Shown here piece by piece: positions 1 through 10,226 of a DNA stretch of 64,000 bases (within the stretch, counting starts at the first letter, position 1; each line of letters begins with the position of its first letter). The notes under the pieces are model-generated. The model was given only the letters and a program-made list of their open reading frames with translations, searched no databases and was not told the DNA's origin. The DNA is taken from the NCBI GenBank assembly GCA_003557485.1, contig PWOI01000130.1, positions 2,935 to 66,934 of the forward strand. The letters run 5' to 3'. The DNA is from Elusimicrobiota bacterium. Lineage in GTDB: Bacteria > CG03 > SLGR01 > PWQF01. A program made the position numbers and the translations under genes.

Positions 1-2589
1 ATATTCAGAAGCGCGCTCCCTGGTCTGACGCACCACTTCTTCAGGCGCTTTTTCAATGAAGTCCCTGCTGCCAAGCTTTTTTTTATAACCTGCTATAACT
101 GAATTGATTTCACTGATTCTTTTCTCAATCCGGTTTATCTCGCGGCTTCGCATAGACTCGGAAATTTCTACAAATACAGCTATTTTACCAACTACTTCAA
201 CCGCATCTCCGTCTTTTCTTTTTATTTCAGAACCGACAGTTATCTTTTCAACGCCGGCAAGCTGTTTGATGTAGTGTTCGTATTTATAGATTAATTCCTT
301 ATCATTTGTTTCCGCTTTCACTGAGACATTGAGTTTTTCGGCAGGCTGTATTTTTACTTCCCCCCTTATGTTTCTTATCGAAGATATTATATCCATTAAA
401 ATCCTCATTGCCCCGATATCGCTTTCCGGAATATCAGGTGTCTTTAATTCTTTTCCATTCATATCAAGCGGAGTTTTTCCGGGAAGCTCGGCATGTATTG
501 ATATATATTCCCATATCTGGGATGTTATAAACGGGGTCACCGGATGCATAAGGTTAAGTATGCGGACAAGCACGAAAAGAAGCACTTTCTGGACCGTTTG
601 TCTCTGTTGTCCCTCTGAATAAAGACGGAGTTTGGCAAGTTCCAGGTACCAGTCGCAGAAATAGTTCCATACAAATTCGTATATAAGGCGGCAGGCGCTT
701 GCGTTATTGAATTTCCTGTATGAAGAATATACTCTATCAGTAAATGTTTCAAGCTCACTTAATATCCATTTGTCGGCAAGTTCCATATCGGCGACTTCCG
801 GAAGCTGCAGGTCTTTAACTTCCATCTCCCCTATGATAAGACGTGCAGCATTATGAAGTTTATTCATAAAATTTCTTGCCGCAATGAAGTCGTCATCGGA
901 AAGCTGCAGGTCACGACCCGGAACAGCGCTTTTTGCCAGCGAGAACCTTAGGGCATCCGTACCGTACTCTTTTACTATATCCATCGGATCAATTACATTG
1001 CCCTTTGATTTAGACATTTTCTCGCCTTTTTCGTCCCTTATCATTCCGTGTATGTTTACTTTCGCAAAGGGGATATCTCCCCTCAACTTGAGCCCCATCA
1101 TTATCATTCTCGCAACCCAGAGGTAGAGTATTTCATGGCCTGTAACAAGCACTTTAGTGGGATAGTAATATTTAAGGTCCTCTGTTTCCTCAGGCCATCC
1201 CAAAGTTGAAAAAGGCCACAATGCGGAAGAAAACCAGGTGTCAAGTACATCCTCATCCTGCCTAACGGTTCTCCCGCAGTCAGGGCAGCTGTCAGGCTTA
1301 GCGCGCAGAGCAAAAGGCCCGCATCCCTTTTCGCAGTAATAAACCGGTATTCGGTGGCCCCACCATATCTGCCTTGATATACACCAGTCATGTATATTTT
1401 CAAGCCAATTCAAATAAGGCTTTTCCCAGATTGAAGGAATGAATTTTACTTTTTTCTCTTCCGAAACCTTTATAGCCGCGGAAGCAATGTCTTTCATTTT
1501 AAGAAACCACTGTTCGGATATTAGAGGCTCTATCAACGTTGAACACCTATAACAAAGGCCCGGCGCATGGGTATAATCTTCTGTTTTTTCCAATAATTCC
1601 AACTTTTCAAGCTCTTCAAGTATTTTCTTGCGGCATTCGAAGCGGTCCATCCCGGAAAACTTTCCCGCCTCTTCGGTCATCCTAGCTTCTTCATCAATTA
1701 CTTTAACAAACTCAAGAGAATGCCTTCTTCCCATATCAAAGTCATTGGGATCGTGAGCAGGCGTTACTTTTACTACCCCTGACCCGAAAGCCGGATCGAC
1801 AAAATCATCCTTTATAACACAGATATCTCTTCCCGTAAGGGGGAGTGATATTTTCTTGCCCTCAAGGTTTTTATATCTTTTATCCGAAGGATTTACTGCA
1901 ACAGCCGTATCGCCGAGCATAGTCTCGGGCCGGGTCGTTGCCACGGTTACATAAGAATCCTTTTCTCCGGCAATAGGGTATTTTATATGCCACAGTTTTG
2001 ATTGCCGGGGCTCATTCTCAAGCTCTATATCGGATAGAGCAGTGCGGCAGCGCGGGCAGAAATTAATCATATATTCCCCCCGGTAAATCAGCCCTTCTTC
2101 AAAAAGAGTTACAAATGTCTCAGTTACGGCCTTTGAACATTGCCCGTCCATCGTGAAACGCATCCTATCCCAGTCGCAGCCGCAGCCGAGCATTTTCAGC
2201 TGGTTTATTATGGTGCCGCCGGATTCCTCTTTCCACTTTTCCATTCTCTCCAAAAACTTTTCTCTGCCCATTTGAGTCCGCGTCCGGCCGTCCTCTTCAA
2301 GAATCAGCCTTTCAACTACATTCTGGGTCGCTATCCCGCCGTGGTCCGTACCGGGCTGCCACATAGTGTTAAACCCGTTGATCTTGTGGAATCTTATAAC
2401 AATATCCTGAATAACATTGTTGAGGGCATGCCCCATATGCAGCGCGCCCGTTATATTTGGAGGAGGAATTACTATAGAGTAAGGTTTTCTATTGTCGGGG
2501 GCTGAAGAAAAAGTCTTATTCTCCAGCCAGTATTCTGCCCATTTTTTCTCGTATTCAGCGGGATTGTTTGTCTTCGAAAGCTGTTTCAT
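1..2589 (-). CDS. valS: valyl-tRNA synthetase (C-terminal end runs off the left edge of the window)
   Basis: Hand translation of the minus strand from ATG at 2589-2587: MKQLSKTNNPAEYEKKWAEYWLENKTF...PPPNITGALHMGHALNN (HIGH-class motif). NWLENIHDWCISRQIWWGHRIPVYYC lies at ~1325-1405 and GEKMSKSKGNVIDP (KMSKS) at ~985-1030. The coiled-coil tail ...FIEKAPEEVVRQTRERASEY lies at 1-60. It is absent from the ORF track only because no stop codon lies inside the window. Confidence 0.93.
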   Translation of the reverse strand, partial: MKQLSKTNNPAEYEKKWAEYWLENKTFSSAPDNRKPYSIVIPPPNITGALHMGHALNNVIQDIVIRFHKINGFNTMWQPGTDHGGIATQNVVERLILEEDGRTRTQMGREKFLERMEKWKEESGGTIINQLKMLGCGCDWDRMRFTMDGQCSKAVTETFVTLFEEGLIYRGEYMINFCPRCRTALSDIELENEPRQSKLWHIKYPIAGEKDSYVTVATTRPETMLGDTAVAVNPSDKRYKNLEGKKISLPLTGRDICVIKDDFVDPAFGSGVVKVTPAHDPNDFDMGRRHSLEFVKVIDEEARMTEEAGKFSGMDRFECRKKILEELEKLELLEKTEDYTHAPGLCYRCSTLIEPLISEQWFLKMKDIASAAIKVSEEKKVKFIPSIWEKPYLNWLENIHDWCISRQIWWGHRIPVYYCEKGCGPFALRAKPDSCPDCGRTVRQDEDVLDTWFSSALWPFSTLGWPEETEDLKYYYPTKVLVTGHEILYLWVARMIMMGLKLRGDIPFAKVNIHGMIRDEKGEKMSKSKGNVIDPMDIVKEYGTDALRFSLAKSAVPGRDLQLSDDDFIAARNFMNKLHNAARLIIGEMEVKDLQLPEVADMELADKWILSELETFTDRVYSSYRKFNNASACRLIYEFVWNYFCDWYLELAKLRLYSEGQQRQTVQKVLLFVLVRILNLMHPVTPFITSQIWEYISIHAELPGKTPLDMNGKELKTPDIPESDIGAMRILMDIISSIRNIRGEVKIQPAEKLNVSVKAETNDKELIYKYEHYIKQLAGVEKITVGSEIKRKDGDAVEVVGKIAVFVEISESMRSREINRIEKRISEINSVIAGYKKKLGSRDFIEKAPEEVVRQTRERASEY

Positions 2590-2591
2590 AA

Positions 2592-3050
2592 CTAAAAATA
2601 GTACCTTAAACCGGTCATTGCAGTAAATTCAAAAGCTGTATCCGGGACAACGCCGACAACCGGGGCCACTTCCAGAAACGCATCCATAGGGGCCTCGGGG
2701 AAAATATAGCTTATTCCTCCGGGAAACCGTAAACCTACTGTGCTCTTGTCAGGGTCGTCGTCCCTGATCCTGACTCTTGTCCCAAACCCGTAATATAGCG
2801 GGTAAGATTGCTGTCCGTTGTCTATAATGTCAAAAAAATGCTTCAGGAAATTAACAGAAAATTTAAGCTCTCCACCCCACCAAGAAAGGACAGCGTCTAT
2901 TGCTGTATCCTCGGCTCGCCATGTTTTAATGCTTATACCGCTCAGGTCTCCAACAGCAATGCCGGTACCGATTGTTTTTTCTCGAATGTTTCCCATAACC
3001 GGACCGGCTGTTAAAACCAGCGCCATCAGCGCCGGGAGAATGTATCTCAT
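2592..3050 (-). CDS. small predicted outer-membrane beta-barrel protein with signal peptide
   Basis: N-terminal signal peptide MRYILPALMALVLTAGPVMG. Gly/aromatic-rich alternating pattern. C-terminal ...GLRYYF (terminal Phe typical of an OMP beta-signal). Confidence 0.55.
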   Translation of the reverse strand: MRYILPALMALVLTAGPVMGNIREKTIGTGIAVGDLSGISIKTWRAEDTAIDAVLSWWGGELKFSVNFLKHFFDIIDNGQQSYPLYYGFGTRVRIRDDDPDKSTVGLRFPGGISYIFPEAPMDAFLEVAPVVGVVPDTAFEFTAMTGLRYYF

Positions 3051-3607
3051 TATTTCTCGTTTACTTCGGGCGAAAGGATACCGAAAACCCCGCCTCCGAG
3101 ATGATGTATTGTTCTACCGCTTTCCTTTTCGGGAGAAACCCTGTCGGTAAAACCGTCTTTTGACGCGCCGGCTTTAAGAGCTTCCCCTATTATCATAGCC
3201 ACGGAACCTACTTGAAATTCCCCGTCCAGGGCGCACTCTATGTAGCCGGTAAAACCTTCCGGTATAAGAGCGTCTGCTTTTTCTCCCTTTTCGGTATTTA
3301 CCGGGAACTTTTTAAACTTGTTTTCATCAGCGCCGGAAACCGAACCGCAGTACCTGACAAATTCTGCGGAGGAAAGATTCGGAATACAGATTATAAATTT
3401 CCCGGTGCTTTTTATGTTTTCATATGTTTTATGGGTTTTCCCAAGTCCTATAAGAATCTTGGATGGACTCTTGCGTACAGGACAATTCCATGCCACGGGA
3501 GCTATATCGTAAACCCCTTCCGGTGATTTTGTGGAAACCATGACCACTGGGCCGTGATTTACAAGCCGGTAAGCAATGTCTATGGGTATTTCCTTGTAAG
3601 TACTCAT
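3050..3607 (-). CDS. flavin reductase-like FMN-binding (split-barrel) domain protein
   Basis: LVNHGPVVMVSTKSPEGVYDIAPVAWNCPV is typical of the flavin reductase-like domain family. Length 185 aa. Confidence 0.7.
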   Translation of the reverse strand: MSTYKEIPIDIAYRLVNHGPVVMVSTKSPEGVYDIAPVAWNCPVRKSPSKILIGLGKTHKTYENIKSTGKFIICIPNLSSAEFVRYCGSVSGADENKFKKFPVNTEKGEKADALIPEGFTGYIECALDGEFQVGSVAMIIGEALKAGASKDGFTDRVSPEKESGRTIHHLGGGVFGILSPEVNEK

Positions 3608-3624
3608 ATTTTATAAACTCCTTT

Positions 3625-3897
3625 TTATCCGAATTTATAGTGCTTTCTTATCTTCTTTGTTATTTTCCAGGTGCAGTCCATACCTTCCGGAAAAACAACA
3701 TAATCCCCCTCACTGAATTCAACCGGTTCGCCGCTGGAAGGTTTCACTTCGGCATGGCCCTCAAGTATGTAGCAGTGCTCTTCCGATGAATAATGCCAGG
3801 GAAATTCTGACTCTTCTTTTTCCCAGATATCCCATCTGAAAACACCCAGATCCTCCAGTTCCTGTTTTGAAGGCTTACTGATTTCTATCTGTGCCAT
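3625..3897 (-). CDS. small cupin-domain protein
   Basis: 90 aa. WEKEESEFPWHYSSEEHCYILEGHAEV...GDYVVFPEGMDCTWKI resembles single-domain cupin_3-type proteins. Confidence 0.65.
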   Translation of the reverse strand: MAQIEISKPSKQELEDLGVFRWDIWEKEESEFPWHYSSEEHCYILEGHAEVKPSSGEPVEFSEGDYVVFPEGMDCTWKITKKIRKHYKFG

Positions 3898-3906
3898 AAA
3901 TTCACC

Positions 3907-4575
3907 TTACTTTTCAATTATTTCAACCCGTTCCATAACAACCGGTTGAGCAGGCCTGTCACCCGGACCGGTAGGGGTACGGGCAATTTCATAAACATAA
4001 TCCATTCCCTCAGTAACTTCTCCAAATATTGTATGCCTTCCGTCTAACCATGGCGTAGGGGAAACGGTAATAAAAAACTGGCTCCCGTTTGTATTGGGAC
4101 CGGCGTTTGCCATTGCAAGGATTCCTGGACGGTCGAAACTCAATCCTTCAACTATTTCGCAGTCAAACTGGTAGCCCGGCCCGCCTCGCCCTGTTCCAAG
4201 CGGGTCGCCTCCCTGGATCATAAATCCATCGATAACCCTGTGAAAAATTAATCCATCGTAGAATCTTCCTGTTGTTAATTCTCCAGTTTGAGGATCCCGG
4301 TACTCCCTGGTTCCGGAAGCAAGTCCCGTAAAGTTTTCCACCGTCTCGGGAGTTTTGTCGGAAAACAGTTTTATAACAATTTCACCGAGTTCTTCCCCCC
4401 CAACGGAAACTTCTATACGCGCACCTGTGACCCCGGTTTTTTCTTCTAAATGTTCTTTATCCAAAGGAGCCTCCTCTTTAATTGAGATATCTTCCTTTAA
4501 TAACGACTCATCTTTCGAACAGCCGCCAACAACCAGTATGCCCGAAAGGCATATAACCGTAATAACTTTTTTCAT
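3907..4575 (-). CDS. cyclophilin-type peptidyl-prolyl cis-trans isomerase, lipoprotein
   Basis: Lipobox-like LVVGGCS, then [15 protein letters not shown]...[20 protein letters not shown]...[11 protein letters not shown] (cyclophilin signature). Confidence 0.9.
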   Translation of the reverse strand: MKKVITVICLSGILVVGGCSKDESLLKEDISIKEEAPLDKEHLEEKTGVTGARIEVSVGGEELGEIVIKLFSDKTPETVENFTGLASGTREYRDPQTGELTTGRFYDGLIFHRVIDGFMIQGGDPLGTGRGGPGYQFDCEIVEGLSFDRPGILAMANAGPNTNGSQFFITVSPTPWLDGRHTIFGEVTEGMDYVYEIARTPTGPGDRPAQPVVMERVEIIEK

Positions 4576-4577
4576 GC

Positions 4578-4928
4578 TTAAACCACCTCTTTCGCCACTT
4601 TTATTCCCCTGCAGAAAGATTTTATTTTATCCAGTTGTCCGCTGTACCTGAAATTTTCATCCCAGAAGGGGAATGTCCTGCACTGGGAAGGCCTCTCCTT
4701 GTATATAACACAACGGGAATCTTCAAGAAAAATACACGGCTTTTCGTAGTTTCCCTTCAACCTGAGGCTTCCCTGGAACCGTTCTGAATACCGCTGCAGA
4801 AAGTCTTCTTCCTTCATCCCCAGAAGCGCCGCCATAGAACGGGCCTCTCCGGAATCAATAAAAACATATCCATCCTGACAGCAGCATTGGCCGCAGGCCG
4901 TGCATTTAAAATCTATTTTCATTTTCAT
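4578..4928 (-). CDS. YkgJ-family (UPF0153) cysteine-cluster protein
   Basis: [17 protein letters not shown] plus downstream CIFL...RCVIY...QCRTFPFW matches the CxxCxxCC Zn/Fe-chelating family pattern. Confidence 0.7.
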   Translation of the reverse strand: MKMKIDFKCTACGQCCCQDGYVFIDSGEARSMAALLGMKEEDFLQRYSERFQGSLRLKGNYEKPCIFLEDSRCVIYKERPSQCRTFPFWDENFRYSGQLDKIKSFCRGIKVAKEVV

Positions 4929-4970
4929 ATAATATCATTTAGAGCTTAAAAATCAACCGGAAAGAGGGAA

Positions 4971-6485
4971 TCAGTAGCTGAAGCCGCTGTCTCCTATGAA
5001 TTCTCTAAGTATGGAAGTCTGCGGCACCTCGTCCGGCGCCAGGGGAAGAAAAAACTCCAGGTAGTTCAGCAGCCGGCACGCCTCATAATACTTGCCGGAA
5101 CCGTCCGGCTCAATATCCTTGAGGAGTTTTTCTATCATAGGTTTCAGTACAGCCTGCTCATATATTATGGAAGAATTGAAAAAAATATTTGCCCGTTCCT
5201 GGAAAGGAAAAACATATTTTTCCTCACCGCTTCTTACTTTGGGAAACATCTTAAGCGTATCGCCGGCCTTATGGCTGCGGAACATGGAATCTCTCACTAT
5301 TCTTCGCATAAGCCTGGAATCAGAAGTAAATATTCTTGAACTGTGATCTATACATAGCTGTGTCAGGGCGCTGACAAAAATCCTTACCTGGCCGCTGCAT
5401 CCAGGACAATCCGTAAGCTGCGTATTAAGCCCGTGTATACCTTCAACAAGAAAAACAGTTTCCGGAACTTTCTTGATTAAGCGGCCGGATGTTCTCCGCT
5501 GTCCGGTTTTAAAATCAAAATCCGGCAGCTCCACAGCTTCCCCGGCAAGACAGGATTTCATATTACAGCGGAAAAGGTCCAAATCCATTGCCCTGATGCT
5601 TTCAAAGTCAGGTTCGCCTTCGGGAGTAAGAGGTGTCTTGTCCCGGGGCAGAAAATAATCGTCCAGGTGGATCATTTCCGGCATAAGCCCGTTGGCCCTA
5701 AGCTGTATGGCAAGCCTTTTTACAAATGTTGTTTTTCCCGAAGAAGAAGGCCCGGCTATGAAAACAAAATTGTTTCCGGGATGTTTTTCCGTTATCCCGT
5801 CAGCAATGCGTGCTATCTTTTTTTCATGAAAAGCTTCCTGTATTTTAATGAGCGTCGAGATTTCTCCGCTATCAATAGCGCTGTTGAGATCAGGCACGTG
5901 GTGTATTCCGAGTATGGCATTCCAATTTTTTGTCTCCTCATATACGCTGAAGAGTTTTTCCTGCCTGTCGGCATTTTTAGGAACAGATGAAATTTTACTT
6001 CCCGGATACTGAAGGACAAAACCGTGCCTGTACTGCATAAGCCGGAAGGAAGACAATATACCTGCGCTGGCTACGCAGTCAAGAAACATAAAATCAAAAA
6101 AATCCCTTAGGAAGACAAGACCTATACGGGGTTTTTTAAGCCATCCGGCCGCAGCAACTTTATCGTACCTCTCTTCATTTTTGAACATCCCAATGGCTTT
6201 TTCCCGAAAGACCTTTGTAACTTTGAATTCAGCATCGCTTTTTACTATCTGGCGCATTCTTTTTTCAAGGTTTTTTACAATACCTGCAGGAAGGGGAGCG
6301 CGGCCGGCAGACTCAAAAAAGTATCCGTGCATAATAGACTGGCCCACCTGAAGTTTTAAGGTTGGATAAAGCTCCTTCTGGGCGCATTTCAGAAGAATAA
6401 CAAGACTGCGACGGTAAATCTCCACACCGTGTTTTGTCCCGTAATCTGCTTCTTTTTTAAAAGCTGTTTTGAATACCGGTTTCAT
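4971..6485 (-). CDS. long-form uridine kinase/phosphoribulokinase-family nucleoside kinase with N-terminal extension
   Basis: P-loop FIAGPSSSGKTTFVKRL in the C-terminal half, and DDYF...EGIHGLN as in the uridine kinase family. A ~230-aa N-terminal domain precedes it. Confidence 0.7.
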   Translation of the reverse strand: MKPVFKTAFKKEADYGTKHGVEIYRRSLVILLKCAQKELYPTLKLQVGQSIMHGYFFESAGRAPLPAGIVKNLEKRMRQIVKSDAEFKVTKVFREKAIGMFKNEERYDKVAAAGWLKKPRIGLVFLRDFFDFMFLDCVASAGILSSFRLMQYRHGFVLQYPGSKISSVPKNADRQEKLFSVYEETKNWNAILGIHHVPDLNSAIDSGEISTLIKIQEAFHEKKIARIADGITEKHPGNNFVFIAGPSSSGKTTFVKRLAIQLRANGLMPEMIHLDDYFLPRDKTPLTPEGEPDFESIRAMDLDLFRCNMKSCLAGEAVELPDFDFKTGQRRTSGRLIKKVPETVFLVEGIHGLNTQLTDCPGCSGQVRIFVSALTQLCIDHSSRIFTSDSRLMRRIVRDSMFRSHKAGDTLKMFPKVRSGEEKYVFPFQERANIFFNSSIIYEQAVLKPMIEKLLKDIEPDGSGKYYEACRLLNYLEFFLPLAPDEVPQTSILREFIGDSGFSY

Positions 6486-6558
6486 AATTACATATTACTT
6501 ATTACAGATTATTGATTTAATTTCAACTTTCAAGGTTGCAGTTTCTCTAAAAGTGTAA

Positions 6559-6587
6559 TTGCTTTTTGACAATTATTAATATATAAT
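6559..6587 (+). promoter_or_regulatory. candidate sigma70-type promoter for the RRM gene (TTGCTT-17-TATAAT)
   Basis: -35 TTGCTT at 6559-6564, 17-nt spacer, -10 TATAAT at 6582-6587, about 70 nt upstream of the ATG at 6656. Confidence 0.4.
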
Positions 6588-6655
6588 TTCTCCGGATGAT
6601 GGAACAGGCGGAAAAAACTGCCTGTGTCGTATTTAGTTTAACAGGAGTCATTAGA

Positions 6656-6922
6656 ATGCAAGGAAGCAAGTTGTATGTCGGAAACCTTAATTTCGACGTA
6701 AAGGAAGACCAGCTTAAAGAACTTTTTGCCTCACACGGTGAGATTAAAGACCTTATAATAATCAAGGACAAGTTCAGCGGCAGGTCAAAAGGTTTCGGGT
6801 TTGTTGAGTTTGCAAGTCCCGAGGAAGCAAAGAAAGCCGCTGATGCGCTTAACGACCAGGAGTTCGAGGGAAGAGGCCTAAGGATAGCCGAAGCCCAACC
6901 GAAAAGAGACGACAGAAGATAA
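6656..6922 (+). CDS. RNA-binding protein, single RRM domain
   Basis: MQGSKLYVGNLNFDV (RNP-2) and KGFGFVEF (RNP-1). Start moved to the ATG at 6656, which follows an AGGAG Shine-Dalgarno at 6643-6647; the track start 6596 adds a non-homologous extension. Confidence 0.9.
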   Translation: MQGSKLYVGNLNFDVKEDQLKELFASHGEIKDLIIIKDKFSGRSKGFGFVEFASPEEAKKAADALNDQEFEGRGLRIAEAQPKRDDRR

Positions 6923-6944
6923 GTATAAATACACAAGTACTTAG

Positions 6945-6983
6945 ACGCCGCGCTTTACTAATACTTTAGCGCGGCGTTTTTTT
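6945..6983 (+). terminator. rho-independent terminator after the RRM gene
   Basis: ACGCCGCGCT (6945-6954) pairs with AGCGCGGCGT (6968-6977) and is followed by a T-run (TTTTTTT). Confidence 0.8.
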
Positions 6984-6997
6984 ATATCTTAAATTAT

Positions 6998-7026
6998 TTG
7001 ACAAATTTTAAAATTTTTAGTAATTA
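6998..7026 (+). promoter_or_regulatory. candidate promoter for the flavodiiron gene (TTGACA-17-TAATTA)
   Basis: -35 TTGACA at 6998-7003, 17-nt AT-rich spacer, -10-like TAATTA at 7021-7026. AAGGAG Shine-Dalgarno before the ATG at 7070. Confidence 0.4.
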
Positions 7027-7069
7027 AATATTACCGAAAAGTTAATATATTATTTAAGGAGCAGTTATC

Positions 7070-8257
7070 ATGACTAAAAAAATTACCGAAAGCGTACAGT
7101 GGGTGGGTAAAACCGACTGGGAACTCAGAAAATTTCATGGAAATGAATATTCAACGCACCGGGGAAGCACCTATAATTCCTATCTTGTTCGGGATGAAAA
7201 AACAGCTCTTATTGATACTGTATGGAAACCCTTTGCCGGTGAATTTGTCAACAATCTCAAAAAAGAAATAGACCTAAAAGATATAGATTTCGTTGTAGCC
7301 AATCACGCGGAAATTGATCACAGCGGCGCGCTTCCGGAACTTATCAGGGAAATACCGGACGTACCTGTCTACTGCACTAAAAACGGCATTGCTTCCCTGA
7401 AGGGGCATTATCATGGAGACTGGAACTTCAATCCCGTAAAAACGGGTGACCGCATCAGCCTAGGATCAAAGGAACTCATATTTGTAGAGGCCAAAATGCT
7501 CCACTGGCCCGACAGCATGTTCTGCTATCTGACCGAAGAGAATATACTTTTTTCAAACGATGCTTTCGGTCAGCATTATGCTACCGAAGAACTTTTTAAC
7601 GACCGGGTAGATAGATGCGAACTTTACCAGGAAGCAGTTAAGTATTATGCAAATATCCTGACTCCTTTCAGCGCACTGGTTACAAGGAAAATTGACGAGC
7701 TTCTGTCTCTGAAGCTTCCCGTAGATATAATATGCCCGAGCCATGGAGTAATATGGAGAGACAATCCGCTGCAGATAGTAGAGCAGTACAAAAAATGGGC
7801 GGACTCATATAAAGAGGACCAGGTATCTATAATTTATGATACTATGTGGAACGCTACCAAAAGAATAGCTGAGGCAGTCGCGGCAGGTATAAAAAAAACA
7901 AATCCACAGACGCGCATAAAGCTTTTTAAAGTATCAGAATCTGACAGCAATGACGTAATCACCGAGGTATTCAAATCTAAGGCCGTTATAGCAGGTTCCC
8001 CTACCATAAACAGGGGTATACTTACTTCAATGGCTGCGATACTTGAAGAAATAAGGGGCCTGGGTTTTAAAGGCAAAAAAGCTGCCGCTTTCGGCAGCTA
8101 CGGCTGGAGCGGGGAATCTCCCGGATTAATTGATTCAAGGCTCAAGGATGCCGGTTTTCAAATGATGGGCGAGCCTTTGAAAATCTCCTGGAACCCGGAC
8201 GAATCACAGCTGCAGGAATCTTTAAAATGGGGAGAAACCCTTAAGATTAAGGATTAA
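7070..8257 (+). CDS. fprA: flavodiiron protein (A-type flavoprotein; rubredoxin:oxygen/NO oxidoreductase type)
   Basis: N-terminal metallo-beta-lactamase-like domain with NHAEIDHSGALP and a C-terminal flavodoxin-like domain (IIYDTMWNATKRIAE...GSPTINRG...FGSYGWSGE). 395 aa, the typical length. Confidence 0.9.
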   Translation: MTKKITESVQWVGKTDWELRKFHGNEYSTHRGSTYNSYLVRDEKTALIDTVWKPFAGEFVNNLKKEIDLKDIDFVVANHAEIDHSGALPELIREIPDVPVYCTKNGIASLKGHYHGDWNFNPVKTGDRISLGSKELIFVEAKMLHWPDSMFCYLTEENILFSNDAFGQHYATEELFNDRVDRCELYQEAVKYYANILTPFSALVTRKIDELLSLKLPVDIICPSHGVIWRDNPLQIVEQYKKWADSYKEDQVSIIYDTMWNATKRIAEAVAAGIKKTNPQTRIKLFKVSESDSNDVITEVFKSKAVIAGSPTINRGILTSMAAILEEIRGLGFKGKKAAAFGSYGWSGESPGLIDSRLKDAGFQMMGEPLKISWNPDESQLQESLKWGETLKIKD

Positions 8258-9453
8258 TACTCCATCTGGAATCTGAGGCCCATCGATAACCCGCTGTAAT
8301 TATAGGGCAGGTAGCTTTCAAATTCCATATTGGATGACTGTGTCTGGTAAGTAAAAAACAGAGAAGTCGCAGAACTTTCCCCGGTCTGTTTCCTGAATCC
8401 CATTGTGTTTACAAACAAGGTCCGGCGCTGGTTTTCATCTTTAATAAATTTTCCGTCACTGTCCCTGGGTTCCCTGCTTGTATAAAATCTCCAGCTTATC
8501 CGCGGAGAAAGAAAGAATGTCCAGTCCCTGCCTATATAGGTTGACATAGGCATAGTAAGAGAGGGTTCTATGTAATTAAAGAAACCCTCGTGAAAAGACA
8601 TCGGCGCAGTTGAAGTAAGGAACTCAAAGTGCTGGTAGTTCTGGTTTGAGGACCGGAAAGAGATTTCAGCCCCGGGTTCTGAAACTATTCTGTCTGTAAG
8701 CATCATAGAACGGCTTCCGTAAGCGCTTATTACAATATCCCTCTGGAGCGTATCGGAATAAAAACTGCCGTCCTTCTGCGCCTTGTCTACCGCAACTTTC
8801 TGGCGGGTATAGAATATAGGATTAAGTGAAAGCCCGAATCTTGTTCCTGATATATTTCCCGAATAGGCCAGCCTTATGCTGTGGTGGTTCTGAGTCCCCT
8901 CGGTATCGCTTGCGTCTGCACCGGCCCTGATCTCGGCAAGCAGGTCGCTGTAATTCGGAAAAGTGACATAATTATACCCTAAAGTAACTGCGGAACCTAT
9001 ACCCAGCAGTTTTCTCTCCATTGTTGTGCTTCCGCCGTAACGGTTAAAATTGTAAAGGCCGCTATCCCATGTTTCATTGGTCCCTGCGCGGCGGCGCTCC
9101 ATCATGACGCTGAATTGAGATTTAAGGACCATATCTCTCATATACCAGTGGTGGCGCCCCACAAAAATATGGTTAAGGTACCTTTCGCGAAACTCCCTTC
9201 CCTCCTGATGCTTGAGGCCCGGCCCCTGGTAGCTTAGCGAGTAGTAACCGATAACACTGTGATCGTCAATCGGACGGGCTATTACACCTATCTCGTTGGA
9301 AAGATTTGCCAAAAAACCCCAGTCCCCGTCCGGAGAGAGAGAGACTCCCTGCCCCAGCTGGTAGTTATAATAAGGTGCTAGCTCCAGGGATGCAGCGGGC
9401 AGCGCTAAACATAGGCAGAAAAATAAAATTAATATTACTGTTTTTTTACTCAT
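8254..9453 (-). CDS. predicted outer-membrane beta-barrel protein (unknown family)
   Basis: Signal peptide MSKKTVILILFFCLCLALPAASLE. Tyr/Gly/Ser/Asn-rich alternating sequence. C-terminal GLRFQMEY. Start placed at the ATG at 9453 (track start 9474 is also possible). Third gene of the FecR-domain operon. Confidence 0.5.
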   Translation of the reverse strand: MSKKTVILILFFCLCLALPAASLELAPYYNYQLGQGVSLSPDGDWGFLANLSNEIGVIARPIDDHSVIGYYSLSYQGPGLKHQEGREFRERYLNHIFVGRHHWYMRDMVLKSQFSVMMERRRAGTNETWDSGLYNFNRYGGSTTMERKLLGIGSAVTLGYNYVTFPNYSDLLAEIRAGADASDTEGTQNHHSIRLAYSGNISGTRFGLSLNPIFYTRQKVAVDKAQKDGSFYSDTLQRDIVISAYGSRSMMLTDRIVSEPGAEISFRSSNQNYQHFEFLTSTAPMSFHEGFFNYIEPSLTMPMSTYIGRDWTFFLSPRISWRFYTSREPRDSDGKFIKDENQRRTLFVNTMGFRKQTGESSATSLFFTYQTQSSNMEFESYLPYNYSGLSMGLRFQMEY

Positions 9454-9455
9454 TT

Positions 9456-10226
9456 TCAGAAGTTCCATTTCCATCCTAGGAAGGGATGAACAACCAGAAG
9501 CCCTTCCGGATATATGTTGAAGCCCATTTCAAGATGTTTTCTTTTCCAGGCAATACGGGAAAAGATTTTGTTGTAATTAAAGCCATACCCCAGGTAGGCT
9601 GTTATAGCCCTGTTTTCACCGGTAATATTTGATATGCCGGTAATGAGAATGTTGTCCTTTCTTCTAATTACCAGCTCACCAAGCGTTTCGTCATCGGTGA
9701 TTTTTATTACGTCTGCTTCCGGCAAAACAATATCCAGAGAAACTACCGAATGGTGAAACCCGGCAAAAAGCGAAGTTTCATCCGAAACAGCTTTTGCAAG
9801 GGTCATACCAAAACTGTAGTTTGTCATAGAAGGTTCCGGAGCGTCATCATCCTCATCATCCATAAACGAGGGAAGCAGATCCAGCATCAGTATTCTCCCG
9901 TAAGCGCCGGTAAAGTCAACCTGCGGGACCCAGGGACTAAGGCCCCCGTCACCCAAAACTCTCACTTTAGCATTAAGGTTAAGCCAGGTAAGAGGCAATG
10001 TAGTAGGAAGGAAATTTGTCCTGAACTCCACTCTTTTATCGGCCCTACACGGGGAATAATCAACATTGTCAAGATGGAGATTATAGAAAAAATCATCCGG
10101 GTTGCTTATAAACCTAAGAGCCGTAGGGACAACCCAGGAAGGCACATCCGCACAGAGTCGGGCCGAAGCCGAAAAAACAATACATACAGCAATTAGTTTT
10201 TTTACTGTTTTAATCATCATCGTCAA
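9456..10226 (-). CDS. predicted outer-membrane beta-barrel/exported protein (unknown family)
   Basis: Signal peptide (KKLIAVCIVFSASARLCA). C-terminal ...HPFLGWKWNF (aromatic terminal residue). Overlaps the stop of the FecR-domain gene and abuts the next gene. Confidence 0.45.
   Translation of the reverse strand: MTMMIKTVKKLIAVCIVFSASARLCADVPSWVVPTALRFISNPDDFFYNLHLDNVDYSPCRADKRVEFRTNFLPTTLPLTWLNLNAKVRVLGDGGLSPWVPQVDFTGAYGRILMLDLLPSFMDDEDDDAPEPSMTNYSFGMTLAKAVSDETSLFAGFHHSVVSLDIVLPEADVIKITDDETLGELVIRRKDNILITGISNITGENRAITAYLGYGFNYNKIFSRIAWKRKHLEMGFNIYPEGLLVVHPFLGWKWNF

Noticed and set aside
6547-6936. 129-aa minus-strand ORF covering the RRM gene
   Set aside because: It is antisense to a gene with canonical RNP-1/RNP-2 motifs, its own Shine-Dalgarno and a terminator.
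7003-7016. AT-only palindrome AAATTTTAAAATTT in the flavodiiron promoter spacer as a Fur/PerR box
   Set aside because: It is a low-information AT palindrome in an AT-rich intergenic region. It does not resemble the repeat in the perR promoter, so it is not distinguishable from chance.
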